Of a DNA stretch of 64,000 nucleotides, positions 20,937-29,470 are shown one piece after another. The first letter of the stretch is position 1; each line of letters starts with the position of its first letter. The position numbers and the translations under genes are program-made. Source of the DNA: an uncultured Myxococcales bacterium (lineage in GTDB: Bacteria; Myxococcota_A; Bradymonadia; UBA7976; VGTA01). The stretch covers positions 17,726 to 81,725 of the forward strand of contig CAKZRU010000142.1 in assembly GCA_937146725.1 (NCBI GenBank), written 5' to 3'. The notes beneath the pieces are model-generated. The model made no database searches and was not told the origin of the DNA. It saw nothing but the letters and a program-made list of their open reading frames with translations.

Positions 20937-21467
20937 TTACTCAAGTTTACAGTTTGCTTTGAGCGCGTCTCTTCGAGCGGCCTTTACCAATTCTTTTGGC
21001 TTAAACATAGCCTTATCTAGGGCTTTACAGGCAGGAGCAAAGTGTCGGATTTCACAGCGTTGAGTCTGATATTGCTTTTGCAATACTAAGAGTTCCGCTT
21101 GGGCTCGTTTGGTTAAAGATTTAAAACGTTGACAGCGATTAGCAGGTGTTTTTTTGGCATCTTGTGGATTGCATTTTAGTAAATTAGCTCGCATGGCAAA
21201 CATATCAACTGTCGCTTGAATCTCACGAGCGGCCGCTTCTAAGCCCTTACATTGAGCCTTGTTTTCGGGTGACTCAATACAGCCTGCTTTAAGATAGCTT
21301 TTTTGGGCAAGATCATATTGCCTCAGAGACTCTTGATATAATTTGACGATTTCAGAACATTGCTCTGCCCAAGCAGTTTTTACAGACAGCGTAAGATATA
21401 TTACTGCAAGCACTAAAACGCTTAGAAAACCAAAGTTGAATGTTTTATTTTGGATTCGATCCATCAT
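20937..21467 (-). CDS. Exported helical protein with two C-x25-C-x8/9-C-x25-C repeats
   Basis: Signal peptide ending AWA; eight regularly spaced Cys in the mature region. Confidence 0.75.
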   Translation of the reverse strand: MMDRIQNKTFNFGFLSVLVLAVIYLTLSVKTAWAEQCSEIVKLYQESLRQYDLAQKSYLKAGCIESPENKAQCKGLEAAAREIQATVDMFAMRANLLKCNPQDAKKTPANRCQRFKSLTKRAQAELLVLQKQYQTQRCEIRHFAPACKALDKAMFKPKELVKAARRDALKANCKLE

Positions 21468-21478
21468 TTACTCATTCC

Positions 21479-22414
21479 TCACTGATCAAGCTCTCGCTCA
21501 ATCTCTTTCATAAAGATTTCTCCGACACTAATACCGGTCAAAGCTTTATATTCTCTAATACCGGTGGGGCTAGTAATGTTAATTTCAGTGATCATACCTC
21601 CGATTAAATCTAGACCGGCAAAAAAGATTCCATCGGCTTTAAGCTGACGGGCAACATACTCACATAATGATAACTCATCATCATTAAGAGGCAAATGAGT
21701 CACGGTGCCTCCAACGTGTATATTACCACGGTGATCATCCTCTTGAGGGGTTCTCAAAATTGCGCCTACGACCTTACCATTGACCACTAAAACTCTATGA
21801 TCTCCTTTGCGAGCAGAGGGTAAATACTTTTGTACCACTACTCGTTTTTGACCTTGTTCTGTAAGTAGCTCCAAAGTGACCCGAGCATTTCGATCATGTG
21901 CATTAAGCAAGCAAACGCCTAGTCCACCATAGCCATCTAAGGGTTTAACAATCAGAGACTCACCGGCCTGTTTTAACCACTCCATTATAAGGTCTGGAGA
22001 TGAGGCAATCCGAGTATGCGGGGTATGCTCAATAAACTGGAGTGCATATAGTTTTTCATTAAAATTACGCAAGAGTTGAGGTGGGTTAATCACCCAAGTA
22101 TTGGCAAAATCCAACAGGTAAGTTGTATGTAAAAAACTTTGGTCAACCGGTGGGTCCTTGCGCATCCAGACACAATCATAACTGGCTAAGGAATAATGTT
22201 TACGTTCTTCGGCAATCACTTCATTTTCTTGGGGGATTGAAACTTTGCTTGCCCACGCCCAAGTCTGATTGCCATCAAGATATAGATCAGAGGGTGAACA
22301 AATATGAACCTCATGATTTCTTTCTATGGCCACATTCATAAAACCAACGGTGGTATCTTGTGGAAGACTTAGTTTTTCCAAGGGGTCCATGACCGATAAT
22401 ATTTTCATTCTCAC
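21479..22414 (-). CDS. gshB: Glutathione synthetase
   Basis: MDP, DTT, MRKDPP, NEKL, KPLDGYGG, GDHRV, RGNIHVGG and EINITSPTG motifs. Confidence 0.96.
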   Translation of the reverse strand: MRMKILSVMDPLEKLSLPQDTTVGFMNVAIERNHEVHICSPSDLYLDGNQTWAWASKVSIPQENEVIAEERKHYSLASYDCVWMRKDPPVDQSFLHTTYLLDFANTWVINPPQLLRNFNEKLYALQFIEHTPHTRIASSPDLIMEWLKQAGESLIVKPLDGYGGLGVCLLNAHDRNARVTLELLTEQGQKRVVVQKYLPSARKGDHRVLVVNGKVVGAILRTPQEDDHRGNIHVGGTVTHLPLNDDELSLCEYVARQLKADGIFFAGLDLIGGMITEINITSPTGIREYKALTGISVGEIFMKEIERELDQ

Positions 22415-22848
22415 ACCTCATGATGATGACTTGTCACAGTTGCTACTCAATTTGATTTATCACTTTAACGATAAGCACAGATCCATGCTAGTCCTTAAGG
22501 AAATGAGATAAAGAGAATCTGAGCTTTAAGGTTTTATTGAGTGGGACAAAGTGATCATAAGAAAGAGTGGTAATGTTTATTTTTTGTCAAAATCCTAACC
22601 TTCAGTAAGCCTTTATTATCGAATGTTTAATCTATAATAAGATAATTATGAGAATAGATTTTAAAGTCATCAATATTACAAACTACAGAAGCAAATACAA
22701 GATATGCATAATCATAAGTCTATCAGCACTAAATCAAACTAAGGTTGATATAAAAGCTGAAATTATATTCAGTAAGGTAAAAGATGAAACCCATGCGACT
22801 TATCATTGATCATCAACTTACAATTTTAATCTTGTCTTTGTTGCTCAA

Positions 22849-22867
22849 TTTGAGTCATTGACTCAAA
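22849..22867. promoter_or_regulatory. Perfect 9-1-9 inverted repeat; putative operator upstream of the MMPL gene
   Basis: TTTGAGTCA-T-TGACTCAAA, ending 54 bp before ATG 22922. Confidence 0.55.
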
Positions 22868-22921
22868 CACTCATTTTTTTCTTACCAACCTGTTATTTAT
22901 CAAAGCAAAGGGAGCATCTGT

Positions 22922-25627
22922 ATGAATGAATCTTCAAAGCCTAAAGAGTACACTCCTAGCTCTCATCATAATCAGTTTTTTTTCAAATGGGCTGCTTGGA
23001 GTGTGAGTCACCCCTTAATTGTTTTAGCCCTAAGCGGACTTGTTACACTTTTATCTATCTGCTTAGTTGCGCCGGCTAAAGTTTTGCCAAATCAACTCGC
23101 TGAGCTTCGGCAATCAATATTGGGTCGACCTGGTTTAATTGTTGACACCTCTGTGGATGCCTTTAGCGATCCCAGTAATAACTCGGTTGAGCTACTTGAA
23201 CGCTACCGTGACTTATTTGGTCGAGATGACTATTTTATGGTTTTGATAGAAGGGGATGTTTTTAGCATGCCCTATCTTGAAAAGCTCAATAAGCTTCACA
23301 AAGAACTCGAAAGTCTCAATGTGAATATCAGCAGTCTTGGTGAACGACGCGGAGATCGTTCACAAAAGCCTGCCGAATTAAAACATAAGCCTAGTTCTGT
23401 AAAGGTCAAAAACAAGGCTTCCTCTAGCCAAGGTCAATTTGGGATAGACGATGAGTTTGGAATCGGCTTTGATGAAGGCTTCGAAACAGAAGGTGACGGT
23501 TGGGGCGCTGATGATGAAACCACTGTCATTGAAGAAGTCACTTCTTTGATCAATGCTCGCCGTACTCGGGGCACAAAAGATGGAATTGTTATTGATAAGT
23601 GGCTTGACCCCTTGCCCAAGCCTTCGGAGCTTGAGCAGTACAAAAAATTGATTTTAAATGATGATACGCTGGTTGGCCAAATGATTGGCAAAAGAGGCAA
23701 GCATAGTCTTATTTTACTGCGAGCCAACTTTATGTCTGAAGATGATACCATCCTTGTGAATCAGAAAATTACTGACATTGCCATGAACTATCATGATCCC
23801 ACGGCCGGCTTTGATGTAAAGATCTCTGGTATGCCAGAGTTAAATGGTACATTGAAGAAATCCCTTTTAGGGACTCTACGAATTTTACTGATTCTTTCTA
23901 TTATCCTCATGTTGGGTATGCTTTCATATCAGTTCAAACATGTGATTGGTATCATTCCACCAATTATTGTGGTTGGGATGGCGGCACTTAATACCTTTGC
24001 CTCAATGAGTATATTGGGTATGCCGGTCACCATGCTAAGTAACATTCTACCTGCCTTTATCATTTGTGTAGGCATTGGAGATAGTGTCCACTTACTTTCA
24101 GTATATCGTGATCACTTTAAAGAACATCGCGATCCAAAATTGGCGGCTATAGAAACAGTTGCCATGACCGGTACTCCGGTTTTATTCACCAGCATAACAA
24201 CAATGGTCGGTTTACTTTCATTTCGACTTGCATCTATTCCGGCCATTCAAGAGATGGGAACTGCGGGTGCGATTGGTGTGGGTGCTGCCTGTTTCCATTC
24301 GCTTTTCTTTTTACCGGTGATCTTGTCTTTTAACAAAAAAAGCTTGCTTGGTCTTACTGATGAAGAAGCTAAATCTGCCAGCACAGAAAAGAATCAAGAC
24401 CAGCCGACACACGATTGGCTCGATCGCTTTATTGCATTCATTTCTGATAGTCGAGCAGGTGTTGATGAGCAGGGGGAAGCAAGAGCAGAATCCAAGTCCG
24501 AAAGAAAGCGTCGTATTTCTACTTTGTGGATTGGCGCAATCATCACTATGATTGCCATGTTTGGTGCAAGTAAACTTCGTGTATGGCATAGCCCTCTTGC
24601 TTGGCTTCCGGAAGGTCAACCGGCCAAGGTTGCTTTTGATATTACCGACCGTGAAATCGGTGGGACTGCGAACCTACAATTACTGATTCAAGGTGGCAAA
24701 CGCGGTATGAAAGACCTTGAGCTAATTCAAGGGATCGAAAAACTTAAAGCTCATATTATGAGTTATGTGCATCCTGAAGAAGGCGATATTATCGGTAATT
24801 CAATCAATGTAAACGATATTATTAAAGAGACCAGGCGTGCTCTCAAGGGGGGAGATGAGTCTGAATACCGTTTGCCAGAAAGCAATGAAGAACTCTCTCA
24901 ACTGTTATTTCTCTTCGAAAACTCCGGCCCAGATCAATTACGTAAACTCGCTACAAACGACCTAAGTATTTCACAAATGACTGTCCGACTAAAATGGCTT
25001 GAGGCAACAGCATATCGAGGCTTAACTGATCATGTTCAAAAAGGCATTGATCTCTATATCCCCAAACATGCCCAAGTCGATGCAACCGGAACTGTTTATA
25101 CTTTAGTGAGTACGGTCGGCGCTCTGCTCTTAGATCTAGTGAAAAGCTTTGGTTCGGCACTTCTGATCATCACCTTGATCATGATTTTTATGCTTAAAGG
25201 GTTAAAGTTAGGCCTGCTCTCAATGGTGCCTAACTTGATTCCGATCATTTGGTTAATGGGTTTTATGGGCTTTGTTGGGATCACAATCGACATGAATAAC
25301 ATCTTGATTGCTTCCATTGCCATCGGGCTTGCCGTAGATGACACAATTCACTTATTGCACCACTTTCGAGTACATTATGAAGAAGATGGAGACTCATTTA
25401 GAGCGATCAGTGCCTCACTCAATCATGCCGGCCGTGCTATGGTGACAACAAGTAGTATTCTTACCCTTGGTTTCTTTGCCTATATTTTTTCTGATATGAA
25501 AAATATCCAAATCTTTGGTTTACTCATCGGTTTAAGTGCCGCTATGGCGATGCTGATAGACTTGATTTTTGGTCCCGCGCTGCTCAAAACCTGTTATCCA
25601 AGATTAAAAAGCACAGAGAATAACTAA
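22922..25627 (+). CDS. MMPL/RND family transporter
   Basis: Two repeats of TM + periplasmic domain + five TMs; GIGDSVHLL, FTSITTMVG, GLAVDDTIH and GRAMVTTS motifs. Confidence 0.93.
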   Translation: MNESSKPKEYTPSSHHNQFFFKWAAWSVSHPLIVLALSGLVTLLSICLVAPAKVLPNQLAELRQSILGRPGLIVDTSVDAFSDPSNNSVELLERYRDLFGRDDYFMVLIEGDVFSMPYLEKLNKLHKELESLNVNISSLGERRGDRSQKPAELKHKPSSVKVKNKASSSQGQFGIDDEFGIGFDEGFETEGDGWGADDETTVIEEVTSLINARRTRGTKDGIVIDKWLDPLPKPSELEQYKKLILNDDTLVGQMIGKRGKHSLILLRANFMSEDDTILVNQKITDIAMNYHDPTAGFDVKISGMPELNGTLKKSLLGTLRILLILSIILMLGMLSYQFKHVIGIIPPIIVVGMAALNTFASMSILGMPVTMLSNILPAFIICVGIGDSVHLLSVYRDHFKEHRDPKLAAIETVAMTGTPVLFTSITTMVGLLSFRLASIPAIQEMGTAGAIGVGAACFHSLFFLPVILSFNKKSLLGLTDEEAKSASTEKNQDQPTHDWLDRFIAFISDSRAGVDEQGEARAESKSERKRRISTLWIGAIITMIAMFGASKLRVWHSPLAWLPEGQPAKVAFDITDREIGGTANLQLLIQGGKRGMKDLELIQGIEKLKAHIMSYVHPEEGDIIGNSINVNDIIKETRRALKGGDESEYRLPESNEELSQLLFLFENSGPDQLRKLATNDLSISQMTVRLKWLEATAYRGLTDHVQKGIDLYIPKHAQVDATGTVYTLVSTVGALLLDLVKSFGSALLIITLIMIFMLKGLKLGLLSMVPNLIPIIWLMGFMGFVGITIDMNNILIASIAIGLAVDDTIHLLHHFRVHYEEDGDSFRAISASLNHAGRAMVTTSSILTLGFFAYIFSDMKNIQIFGLLIGLSAAMAMLIDLIFGPALLKTCYPRLKSTENN

Positions 25628-25888
25628 TAAAGTTAACGAAGGTCTTATATTTATTAAGAAATTGCTAAAGTTATATTTGACCTAAAAGTCCTCATTAATT
25701 AGGCGTTTTTTCAAGATATTGCCACTGTAATCATGGCTCATTTCAAAAACAAAGCCTACTCATAAACATGATTTGCGCTTGACCTATGTGGCCCTTGGCA
25801 TGATGATGAGCCAAAAAGATATAATCATCTTTTCGATCATTAACATATTAGGCTTAGCCACAAGCTTTAGTCACAAGGTTTAGTTACA

Positions 25889-27904
25889 ATGAATCAGCTT
25901 AATCCACTTACTCAAGAAGCGCTTAGTGTTATTCACGCTATTTATGAAGATCATCTAGAAGATCGTTACGCCTATCGAAATGAAATTCATCGACTCACTG
26001 CGAGTGGTCTATCTAATGCCTTTGGTAGCCTCGAACATTTCTTAGATCGCTATGGCTATATTAGTATCGATCAACGACATGATGCATTACATCTTACTTC
26101 AAGTGGTTTAGCAGCAGCTCAGGGGGATTCCAGCCGCTTAAAGTCACTCAATGATGATATTCAATATCACTTTGCCAAAGAGATTGCTGAAGGTGTGATC
26201 AAAGATGCGCAAAAGATTAATGCCGGTAAGCGCTTTGACCAACACTATATTCGCTTTGAGGGGATTGGCCGTGGAGGGATGGGTTCTGTTTGGCGTGCTG
26301 AGCATCTCAAAACCGGTCGTGCTGTGGCCATCAAAACATTAGAGGGGATTGATGAAGTTGTCACCAGTGGCAGAAAAAGCGCACTCAAAAAGAGATTAGA
26401 ACGCAAAATCAGACAATTAGCTGAGCTAGATCATCCCTTCATTTGCCCTATTCTTGATCTTAGCGTACATCATACGCCCCCCTACTATGTGATGCCTCTT
26501 TATACCGGAGGAAGTCTAAGAGATTTACTGGCAAAGGGTCCTTTGCAACCAGAAATTGCCTTAAATCTTTTTTCTCAAATCTGTCTTGGTTTACATCACG
26601 CTCACCAACAAGGCGTTTTACATCTAGATCTCAAACCTGAAAATATCTTAATTGACCAACGAGGTAATATACGCCTCTTTGACTTTGGCATGAGCCGAAC
26701 CATTGCTAAGCAGGTCTCGCAAGCAGGCCGTCAATCATATATTGGCTTAGGTTCTGTCGCTTACATGGCCCCAGAACTTCTCCGAGATCCTCAGGCAGAG
26801 GCTGCGAGCATTGATATTTATGCTTTAGGTCTTGTTCTTTATGAGATGCTGATTGGTGAGCTTCCCGGTCGTCGTTCACCAATGCCAAGCGATGTCATTC
26901 AAGGCTTACCGCAACCGATCGATGACCTTTTCGACTCAATGACTCAAGATTCTGTTCAGCAACGTCCACAAGATATGCAAGCAGTGCTTGATATTTTGAA
27001 TCAAGTACCTCCCTTTGATCGCCTCTTTTCACAATCAATGGTCATGACTTTTATTAGTCCACCTTTTGAGTTACCAGGCTTAAAACATTTAACACTTCCA
27101 GAGTTTGAAGAGAGTCTTGACTTTCAAAAATCGGATAAAGATGTAGGCACTTATCGCTCAACAGAATCATCGGCTTCTGAGCGCCAACATCAGCAAAAGG
27201 CATCAACCGGAGTAACAACAAAAGCAAATGAGCTGATGACTCACTCTGAAGTTCAGACTCAAAGCAAGCAAGTCCAAACAGGTTCTAGGACAAAAGAGAA
27301 TACCTCTACATTCTCTAACGGAAGTTCTTCAGTAGAAGCGATGTCAACAGAGGCGAACAACACTCACCATGAGGCTGTGAGTCAAGTAAATCAGACAGAG
27401 AGCAGTGTTTCCTCTAGTCCTAATTCAGATCAAGTGGAGCCAGCCGACAGTAATTTAGCGACCACGGGTATCAGTACTGCATCTCCCTTAAGCACATCTG
27501 TTACTCAAACCGTAGAGAATCAAGGCATCGAAGAAGTTGAGCTCGAAGAGATTGAGGAATTAGATGATGTGGTTGAGGTAGAAGAACCTACCCATCAAAA
27601 TCTCGCTGATGATAGTTCAGTTTTCAGTTCGGCACCACGTACCGGTCATCAGAGCTTTGTTTCCTCAACAAGAAATCCTACAACTCAAGAGCAAGATATG
27701 CAGGCGATCGCCCAAGAAGCAGCTTCACGCTTTGAAGAAGCCTTAGATGATGACTTTGCCGATGATGAAAAAACCGCTTTACATAGTCGGCTGCCTCAAG
27801 AAGACAAGCCACATTTAAGCCAGCCGTATATTCCACGGAAAAGTCACTCCATTGCTCAACAGCTATTTGAGCAACAAAAAAAAGGGAATCAGTTTAAGCA
27901 ATGA
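25889..27904 (+). CDS. Cytoplasmic Ser/Thr kinase-like protein with an N-terminal winged-helix-like domain and an acidic disordered tail
   Basis: GRGGMGSV, VAIK, HLDLKPEN, DFG and APE motifs; N-terminal YGYI...LTSSG wing pattern; no TM. Confidence 0.9.
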   Translation: MNQLNPLTQEALSVIHAIYEDHLEDRYAYRNEIHRLTASGLSNAFGSLEHFLDRYGYISIDQRHDALHLTSSGLAAAQGDSSRLKSLNDDIQYHFAKEIAEGVIKDAQKINAGKRFDQHYIRFEGIGRGGMGSVWRAEHLKTGRAVAIKTLEGIDEVVTSGRKSALKKRLERKIRQLAELDHPFICPILDLSVHHTPPYYVMPLYTGGSLRDLLAKGPLQPEIALNLFSQICLGLHHAHQQGVLHLDLKPENILIDQRGNIRLFDFGMSRTIAKQVSQAGRQSYIGLGSVAYMAPELLRDPQAEAASIDIYALGLVLYEMLIGELPGRRSPMPSDVIQGLPQPIDDLFDSMTQDSVQQRPQDMQAVLDILNQVPPFDRLFSQSMVMTFISPPFELPGLKHLTLPEFEESLDFQKSDKDVGTYRSTESSASERQHQQKASTGVTTKANELMTHSEVQTQSKQVQTGSRTKENTSTFSNGSSSVEAMSTEANNTHHEAVSQVNQTESSVSSSPNSDQVEPADSNLATTGISTASPLSTSVTQTVENQGIEEVELEEIEELDDVVEVEEPTHQNLADDSSVFSSAPRTGHQSFVSSTRNPTTQEQDMQAIAQEAASRFEEALDDDFADDEKTALHSRLPQEDKPHLSQPYIPRKSHSIAQQLFEQQKKGNQFKQ

Positions 27905-28881
27905 GTGACTTGTTCTCTTTAGACTCTTCTAACTCACCAAAGCAAAGCCCAAAGCAAAGCCCAAAGCATAAAAGTCACTATCACTTTAGGTATAGTATCT
28001 TTAACGTTGAACTTGAGTTTCAAGAGACTCAACTTGTTGTACAAATGGGTATAAAAGCTCATGTCATCAACTTAACAACTTTGTTTGCGCTCTATCGACG
28101 TGATCTAAAAAGCCAAGGTATCAGCGAACTCACCTTGGCTTTTAAACACAAAAATAAAATTAAGCGTGCTCGAATATATGCAGATCGAGGGGAAGCTGAG
28201 TTTGATGCTTTTGTTGATGCGTTAAAGGCCTTAAAACCTAATATCGATATTTCTGACTTGCCCGAAAAAAAAGCCTATGAGCACATGGGGAGTCAAGACC
28301 AACCGTGGTTGGTGATACTCGGCCTTATGTCTTTTTCGATCGTGTTAATTGCGATCTTAGGCCTGCCCTTGCTTTTACATGGTTTAGATCATGGCCAATG
28401 GAAGCTGCCTTTAGCTGAAGTCTATCAAAATCCTAAGCTTTTAAATCAAGGACCAAGTCGTAATCTCATATTTTCGGGTCACCTTGATCTTGAACAGGCT
28501 TTAACCCTTATTGAAGGAAAGGGAGATGAGCAGCAAAAGCAGATTGTTGCCCCCTTATATCCAAAGGCCGTTCAGTCAAAAAAACAACCTGCTGTTGTTC
28601 TTGTTTCTTTAAAGGGTCGAGCTCTAAAGCATTTGAACAGCTTGCAACAAGGACAAGTACAGCAAGGCATATTGAGAAACATTTGGTGGGAAGGCTTGGG
28701 CGAACAGACCAAACTCAAGCTTAAAGAAAAAGGAGTAAAGATTTCGGATCAATCGGTCTTAATTGAAATGGGTATTACGCAACGTGATGACTTACAACTG
28801 TATCTAAGTTTTATCTTAGTTCTGTCATTGTTTACCACAATTGCAGTCCTTTATCTAAAACCGGTCAACTATAAAACCTAG
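27901..28881 (+). CDS. Hypothetical membrane protein (two TM helices)
   Basis: ATGA overlap with the kinase; two hydrophobic segments; SPKQ tandem repeat near the N-terminus. Confidence 0.75.
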   Translation: MSDLFSLDSSNSPKQSPKQSPKHKSHYHFRYSIFNVELEFQETQLVVQMGIKAHVINLTTLFALYRRDLKSQGISELTLAFKHKNKIKRARIYADRGEAEFDAFVDALKALKPNIDISDLPEKKAYEHMGSQDQPWLVILGLMSFSIVLIAILGLPLLLHGLDHGQWKLPLAEVYQNPKLLNQGPSRNLIFSGHLDLEQALTLIEGKGDEQQKQIVAPLYPKAVQSKKQPAVVLVSLKGRALKHLNSLQQGQVQQGILRNIWWEGLGEQTKLKLKEKGVKISDQSVLIEMGITQRDDLQLYLSFILVLSLFTTIAVLYLKPVNYKT

Positions 28882-28889
28882 GTATACGT

Positions 28890-29390
28890 ATGCAAGCTCA
28901 AACTCCATTAGCGGAGATCTACCAAGAAAGCATTCAAACTATAAATCAAGGCGAACTTAATCTCGCTGATTATCAAGACCATGCGATTTTATTTGTGAAC
29001 ACTGCAAGTCGCTGTGGCTTTACGCCTCAGTACAAGGATCTTGAGGCTCTGTATCAAAATTATAAGTCAAAGTCCGTACTCCTCATTGGCTTTCCCTGCA
29101 ACCAATTCGGTAAGCAAGAACCAGGAAACCACGAAGCAATTCAAGAGTTTTGCTCCTTAAATTATGGGGTCAGCTTTCCACTCACCCAAAAAATCGATGT
29201 TAATGGTCCCCAAGCCCATTCCATCTATAGGCGCCTTACTTCAGCCCAACCCGGTTTTTTAGGAACTCAAAGAATCAAATGGAATTTTACTAAGTTCTTG
29301 CTCACACCTCATGCCGGTGCCCTTTTTCGTTTTGCCCCAATCACACCTATTCGCAAGATTGAAAGCCAACTTTTAAAATATATTAAATAA
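28890..29390 (+). CDS. Glutathione peroxidase (Cys-type, BtuE-like)
   Basis: VNTASRCGFTPQY, GFPCNQFGKQEPG and IKWNFTKFL motifs. Confidence 0.95.
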   Translation: MQAQTPLAEIYQESIQTINQGELNLADYQDHAILFVNTASRCGFTPQYKDLEALYQNYKSKSVLLIGFPCNQFGKQEPGNHEAIQEFCSLNYGVSFPLTQKIDVNGPQAHSIYRRLTSAQPGFLGTQRIKWNFTKFLLTPHAGALFRFAPITPIRKIESQLLKYIK

Positions 29391-29470
29391 AAAGCTCAAG
29401 ATTGCTTGTCTTTGTCTCACGACTTGAATAATACTTAAGAAGGCCTTTGAGGCTTGATAAAACAAAATAG

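Noticed and set aside
22326..22921. Small ORF or sRNA in the long gshB-MMPL intergenic region
   Set aside because: The 61-aa ORF overlaps gshB antisense and has no features; no convincing RNA structure was seen beyond the reported palindrome.
28890..29390. Selenocysteine glutathione peroxidase
   Set aside because: The active-site codon is TGT (Cys) and there is no in-frame TGA.
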